From NCBI GenBank assembly GCA_963700285.1, contig CAVOXA010000009.1, positions 128,001 through 192,000 on the forward strand: a stretch of 64,000 nucleotides of DNA, given 5' to 3'. Positions 60,328-64,000 of the stretch are shown here, one piece after another. Made by a program: the position numbers and the translations under genes. This stretch comes from an uncultured Chloroflexia bacterium. GTDB lineage: Bacteria; Chloroflexota; Anaerolineae; JAAYZQ01. Position 1 is the first letter of the stretch. The number at the start of each line of letters is the position of its first letter. The notes below the pieces were generated by a model. It was not told the origin of the DNA. It did no database searches and saw only the letters and a list, made by a program, of their open reading frames with translations.

Positions 60328-62721
60328 ATGAGCGGCGGAAAGAGTTGGCTCCTAATTCTGTTGCTTCTGCTCATCTTGCTCCTGGCTCTGGGCCTGCGTC
60401 TCTATGGGCTGGATGCGCAGAGCCTGTGGAATGACGAGGGCACCAGCGTGGCCCTGGCCCAACGAGACCTGGCCACCATCGCCCGGGACGCGGCCCTCGA
60501 TATCCACCCGCCCCTCTACTACTGGCTGCTGAGCGGCTGGCTGCGGCTGGTTGGCATCAGCGAGGTGGCCGTGCGTTCCCTGTCAGTGTTGTTGGGGGTT
60601 GTCCTGGTCCTGCTGACCTATGTTCTGGGGCGGGCGCTGATGGGGCGTTGGGCCGGGCTGGCTGCGGCCTTTTTGGCGGCCATCGACCCGTTCCAGGTTT
60701 ACTATTCGCAGGAAGCGCGCATGTACATGCTGCTGGCGGTGCTGGCCACTGGCGCGGTGCTGGCCCTTGTGTGCTTGGTGGAAGGGGAGTCGTGGCTTAC
60801 CTTTCTCTTCTTGGTTGTCCTTGAGGCGGCGGGTCTCTATACCCACTACTCCTTCGCCTTTGTCGTCCTTATCCTGAATCTGGCCTATGGGCTGTGGTTG
60901 GTCCTGAGCAGGCGATCGACCCCGGTCGGGCCGCGGGCGGCGCGATGGGCGCTGTCGCAGGTGGGCGTGCTCTTGCTCTATCTGCCCTGGCTGCCCACCG
61001 CGCTCCAGCAGGTGACGTCCTGGCCCAATCTGACAAGGGCTGGCATCTCAGCCTCCCCCTTGCCAACCGTTCTGGCCAATACATGGCGCTGGCAGGTTCT
61101 GGGGCCAACGATTGAGACCGTACAGGTGGCCCTTCCCCTGTTGGTTGCTGGAATTGCCGCTGTTGCTGGCGTGCTCTTCCTGGCCCTGGGCTGGCTGGGA
61201 AGACCTTCGCCGCACAACCGGTGGAGCGCCGCTCTGCTGTTCCTGTGGGTCAGCCTGCCGGTAGCGCTGATGGTCGCGCTGGTCCTTACTCGCGATGCCT
61301 ATCTGAAATTCCTCCTGGTGACGGCGCCCCCAGCCAGTCTGCTCATGGCCGGAGGACTCACCAGCGCTCCAGGCGAGGCTTCGATCCATCGCCATCTTGG
61401 ATCGCGGACGGCCTTCATCGCCCTTCGCCTGGTGCAGGTACTGGCTGCCGCTTGCATTGTGGCTGCCAGCGTGGTCGCGCTGCGCAACTATTATACCGAC
61501 CCAGCCTACGCCCGGGATGATTACCGGGGCATCGCCTCCTACGTGGAGGCTGTGGGCCGTCCCGGAGATGCGATTGTGCTGAACGCACCGGGCCAGCAGG
61601 AGGTTTTCAGCTACTACTACCAGGGCGAGCTGCCGGTCTATCCCCTGCCCGAGAACCGCCCCCTGGATCCGGCAGTCACCGGTCCGGCGCTGGCCGCAAT
61701 GGCCCAGCCCGGTGGGCGCGTGTTCGCGCTGTTCTGGGCAACCGATGAGAGCGATCCGGACCGCTTTGTTGAGGGCTGGCTGGACGAAGGAGCCTACAAG
61801 GCCATGGATTCGTGGTACGGTAACGTGCGTCTGGCTGTTTATGCCCTACCCGAGCAGACAGCGCCAGGACCCGAACAGGTCTTGGACATTCCACTGACCA
61901 ATCCAGACAACGGGGACGAGATTGCCTTGCTGGGTTATGGCCTCCAGAGCGAGCACCTGGCTGCGGGAGAGATCGCCCAGTTCGGGCTCTACTGGCGGAC
62001 TGAGCGGACGCCTCAGGCGCGCTACAAGGTCTTTCTTCATGTCTTGGATAGCGGGGACCAGATCGTTGGCCAGCGGGATGCTGAACCCGGAGGTGGGGCG
62101 CGGCTGACCACGCTTTGGGCGCCGGGAGAGGTGGTCGCCGACAACCACGGCGTGGCCATCCATCCCGCCACCCCGCCCGGAGTGTATCGTGTTGAGGTGG
62201 GGATGTATGATCTTGAAACGGGCCAGCGTCTCGTCACGGATGAAGAGGAGACGCTGGTCTGGTTGGAGCCGCTGACCGTCGAGCGGCCCCCGGCGCCGGC
62301 GCCTGCCGCCGCGCTGAACATGCAGCATGATGCTGGGGCGGGCAAGGGCTCCTTGCTATTGCTGGGCTATGATGCCCACCGGCTGGGTTTTGCCCATCAG
62401 CCCGATGCTGCACTCCGGCCGAGTGACATGTTACACGTGAACCTGTACTGGCGGGCGGACGAGGTACCTGCCGGCGACTGGCAGGTTGAAATCCTGGTGG
62501 TGGATTCAGGCGGGCAGGAATTGGTGGGAGTCGTGGCGGACCCAGTTGGCGGTTATCCCACCAGGCTCTGGCAGGCGGGGGACGTGTGGCGCGGCCAGTT
62601 TAACCTGGCGCTGCCTGGCGATACGGCGCCAGGGCAGTATCGCTTGCAGGTGCAAGGGCTGCCGCCCGAAGGCCCGGCGGCGCAACCATATTTGTCGGAA
62701 ATGTTTCGCGTGGAGCCGTAG
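60328..62721 (+). CDS. GT39/ArnT-like (GT-C) glycosyltransferase with C-terminal extracellular beta domains
   Basis: LRLYGLDAQSLWNDE, DIHPPLYY, YYSQEARMY, LYTHY, LYLPWL, and repeated LLGY..LYW..W..G modules. Confidence 0.88.
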   Translation: MSGGKSWLLILLLLLILLLALGLRLYGLDAQSLWNDEGTSVALAQRDLATIARDAALDIHPPLYYWLLSGWLRLVGISEVAVRSLSVLLGVVLVLLTYVLGRALMGRWAGLAAAFLAAIDPFQVYYSQEARMYMLLAVLATGAVLALVCLVEGESWLTFLFLVVLEAAGLYTHYSFAFVVLILNLAYGLWLVLSRRSTPVGPRAARWALSQVGVLLLYLPWLPTALQQVTSWPNLTRAGISASPLPTVLANTWRWQVLGPTIETVQVALPLLVAGIAAVAGVLFLALGWLGRPSPHNRWSAALLFLWVSLPVALMVALVLTRDAYLKFLLVTAPPASLLMAGGLTSAPGEASIHRHLGSRTAFIALRLVQVLAAACIVAASVVALRNYYTDPAYARDDYRGIASYVEAVGRPGDAIVLNAPGQQEVFSYYYQGELPVYPLPENRPLDPAVTGPALAAMAQPGGRVFALFWATDESDPDRFVEGWLDEGAYKAMDSWYGNVRLAVYALPEQTAPGPEQVLDIPLTNPDNGDEIALLGYGLQSEHLAAGEIAQFGLYWRTERTPQARYKVFLHVLDSGDQIVGQRDAEPGGGARLTTLWAPGEVVADNHGVAIHPATPPGVYRVEVGMYDLETGQRLVTDEEETLVWLEPLTVERPPAPAPAAALNMQHDAGAGKGSLLLLGYDAHRLGFAHQPDAALRPSDMLHVNLYWRADEVPAGDWQVEILVVDSGGQELVGVVADPVGGYPTRLWQAGDVWRGQFNLALPGDTAPGQYRLQVQGLPPEGPAAQPYLSEMFRVEP

Positions 62722-62745
62722 CCGGTGTCTTGATGATGGCTGCTC

Positions 62746-63237
62746 CTAGGGCGTGGGCGAAGGCAGTGATTGGGCCGGCAAAGGGATGATCAGCTCCTGA
62801 CCGATATAGATCACGTCTGGATTGGCGAGGCCGTTGGCCCTGACGATGGCTTGAACCGTTGTACCATAGCGCTCAGCGATGCCGATGAGGTTCTCGCCCT
62901 TCTGAACTAGGTGGGTGACGGCGCCCACCGTGGGCGTGGCCGACGGCTCAGGCGACATGGTTGGGGTAGGGGCGGTGGTGGGTGACGGCGGGACGGTGGG
63001 CGTCCTCGTGGCCGGAGGGATCGGTGTGTTGGTGGCAGAAGGCGTGGCGGTGGGAGGAGCAGTACTCGTGACGGTAGCCGTGGCTGTGTTCTCAAAGGTG
63101 GGCCGCAGTGTCTGGCTGGGCGCAGGCGTATCCTTTGTGGTCTTGGATGGACTGCGCATCAAACCAAGGGTGACGGTCACCGCAAGGTAGAAAAGCAGTG
63201 CCAGTATCATTAGCAGTTGCCAGTCTCGCCACTTCAT
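62746..63237 (-). CDS. LysM-domain protein with N-terminal TM and Thr/Pro linker
   Basis: HLVQKGENLIGIAERYGTTVQAIVRANGLANPDVIYIGQELIIP. Confidence 0.92.
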   Translation of the reverse strand: MKWRDWQLLMILALLFYLAVTVTLGLMRSPSKTTKDTPAPSQTLRPTFENTATATVTSTAPPTATPSATNTPIPPATRTPTVPPSPTTAPTPTMSPEPSATPTVGAVTHLVQKGENLIGIAERYGTTVQAIVRANGLANPDVIYIGQELIIPLPAQSLPSPTP

Positions 63238-63457
63238 TGTTCGTCACCTGTGTCAGAGCCCCGCAAGGTTGCATTGACAGCGGGGCATGATCGGTCGCGA
63301 TGGGGGGCATTATACCACGTCGGGACCCATCGGGCAACCGTGCAGCACTGGTGCCAGATGGGGCGGGTTGCTTTGAGCAGGGCTGTATTTGGAGGGGCTC
63401 CAGAGGGCCCCGGAGAGAATTCGATCCTCTGAAGCCGGATGGGCCAGGGAGCAGGAT

Positions 63458-64000
63458 GTGAAGGTATCGGTAATCGCAACGGTGTTGAACGAGGGGTTGG
63501 CCATAGAGCGACTTCTCGGCTCATTGGCGGCGCAGAGTCGCCTGCCGGACGAGGTAGTCATCGCCGATGGCGGATCAACAGATGGTACGCTGACTGTCCT
63601 GGAGGATTGGGCCGGGGTGGGGCGACTGCCTTTGTACGTGCTGGAGGCGCCCGGCGCCAACATCTCGGCAGGGCGCAACGCGGCCATTGCCGCTGCCAGC
63701 GGTGAAGTGATGGCCACGACCGACGCGGGGGTGCGGCTGGAATCGGGCTGGTTGGAAGCCTTGGTAGCGCCCTTTGGGGAGGAACTAGAGGAGCCAGCCG
63801 TGTCCGTGGTCGGCGGTTGGTTCGTGGCCGATCCTCAGAGCCCCTTCGAAGCGGCGATGGGCGCCACAGTCCTGCCCAACCTGCGCGACATCGATCCGGA
63901 GACCTTTTTGCCCTCCAGCCGGTCCGTGGCTTTTCGCAAAGATGCCTGGAAACGGGTGGGTGGCTATCCCGAGTGGCTGGACTATTGCGAGGACCTGATC
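63458..64000 (+). CDS. GT2 glycosyltransferase (3' end runs off the window)
   Basis: Translated by hand: VKVSVIATVLNEG..PDEVVIADGGSTDGT..GANISAGRNAAI..TTDAG..FLPSSRSVAF..GGYPEWLDYCEDL. Confidence 0.88.
   Translation, partial: MKVSVIATVLNEGLAIERLLGSLAAQSRLPDEVVIADGGSTDGTLTVLEDWAGVGRLPLYVLEAPGANISAGRNAAIAAASGEVMATTDAGVRLESGWLEALVAPFGEELEEPAVSVVGGWFVADPQSPFEAAMGATVLPNLRDIDPETFLPSSRSVAFRKDAWKRVGGYPEWLDYCEDLI

Overview
This is a GC-rich bacterial chromosomal window. Gene content, Pro/Thr-rich surface proteins and a C-terminal PLVLR-type motif suggest Chloroflexota (Anaerolineae-like), which is an inference. Housekeeping genes include murJ, a purine nucleoside phosphorylase, xerD, tRNA-Leu(GAG), ftsY, prfB, topA, dprA, rimM, khpA, rpsP and ffh. 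An ~18 kb cell-envelope glycan operon (12.4-30.3 kb) is built around a 3036-aa protein with a GT-C-like membrane domain, a very long TPR array and an Ig-like tip. The window also holds an AOR/ferredoxin locus and a GH-A/GT39 module. Four things stand out: (1) a prolyl-tRNA synthetase paralog whose aminoacylation motifs are substituted while the editing and anticodon-binding domains are intact; (2) the giant GT-C/TPR protein and its operon; (3) a DUF3179 lipoprotein with an in-frame UGA in a UxxC motif followed by a SECIS-like hairpin, i.e. a likely selenoprotein; (4) a PP2C-like pseudophosphatase fused to a transmembrane helix and a beta-propeller. From about 36 kb onward many genes, including essential ones, carry single-base indels that are probably sequencing or consensus errors. 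No CRISPR array, IS element or prophage was seen. All family assignments come from motif recognition by eye, not database searches.
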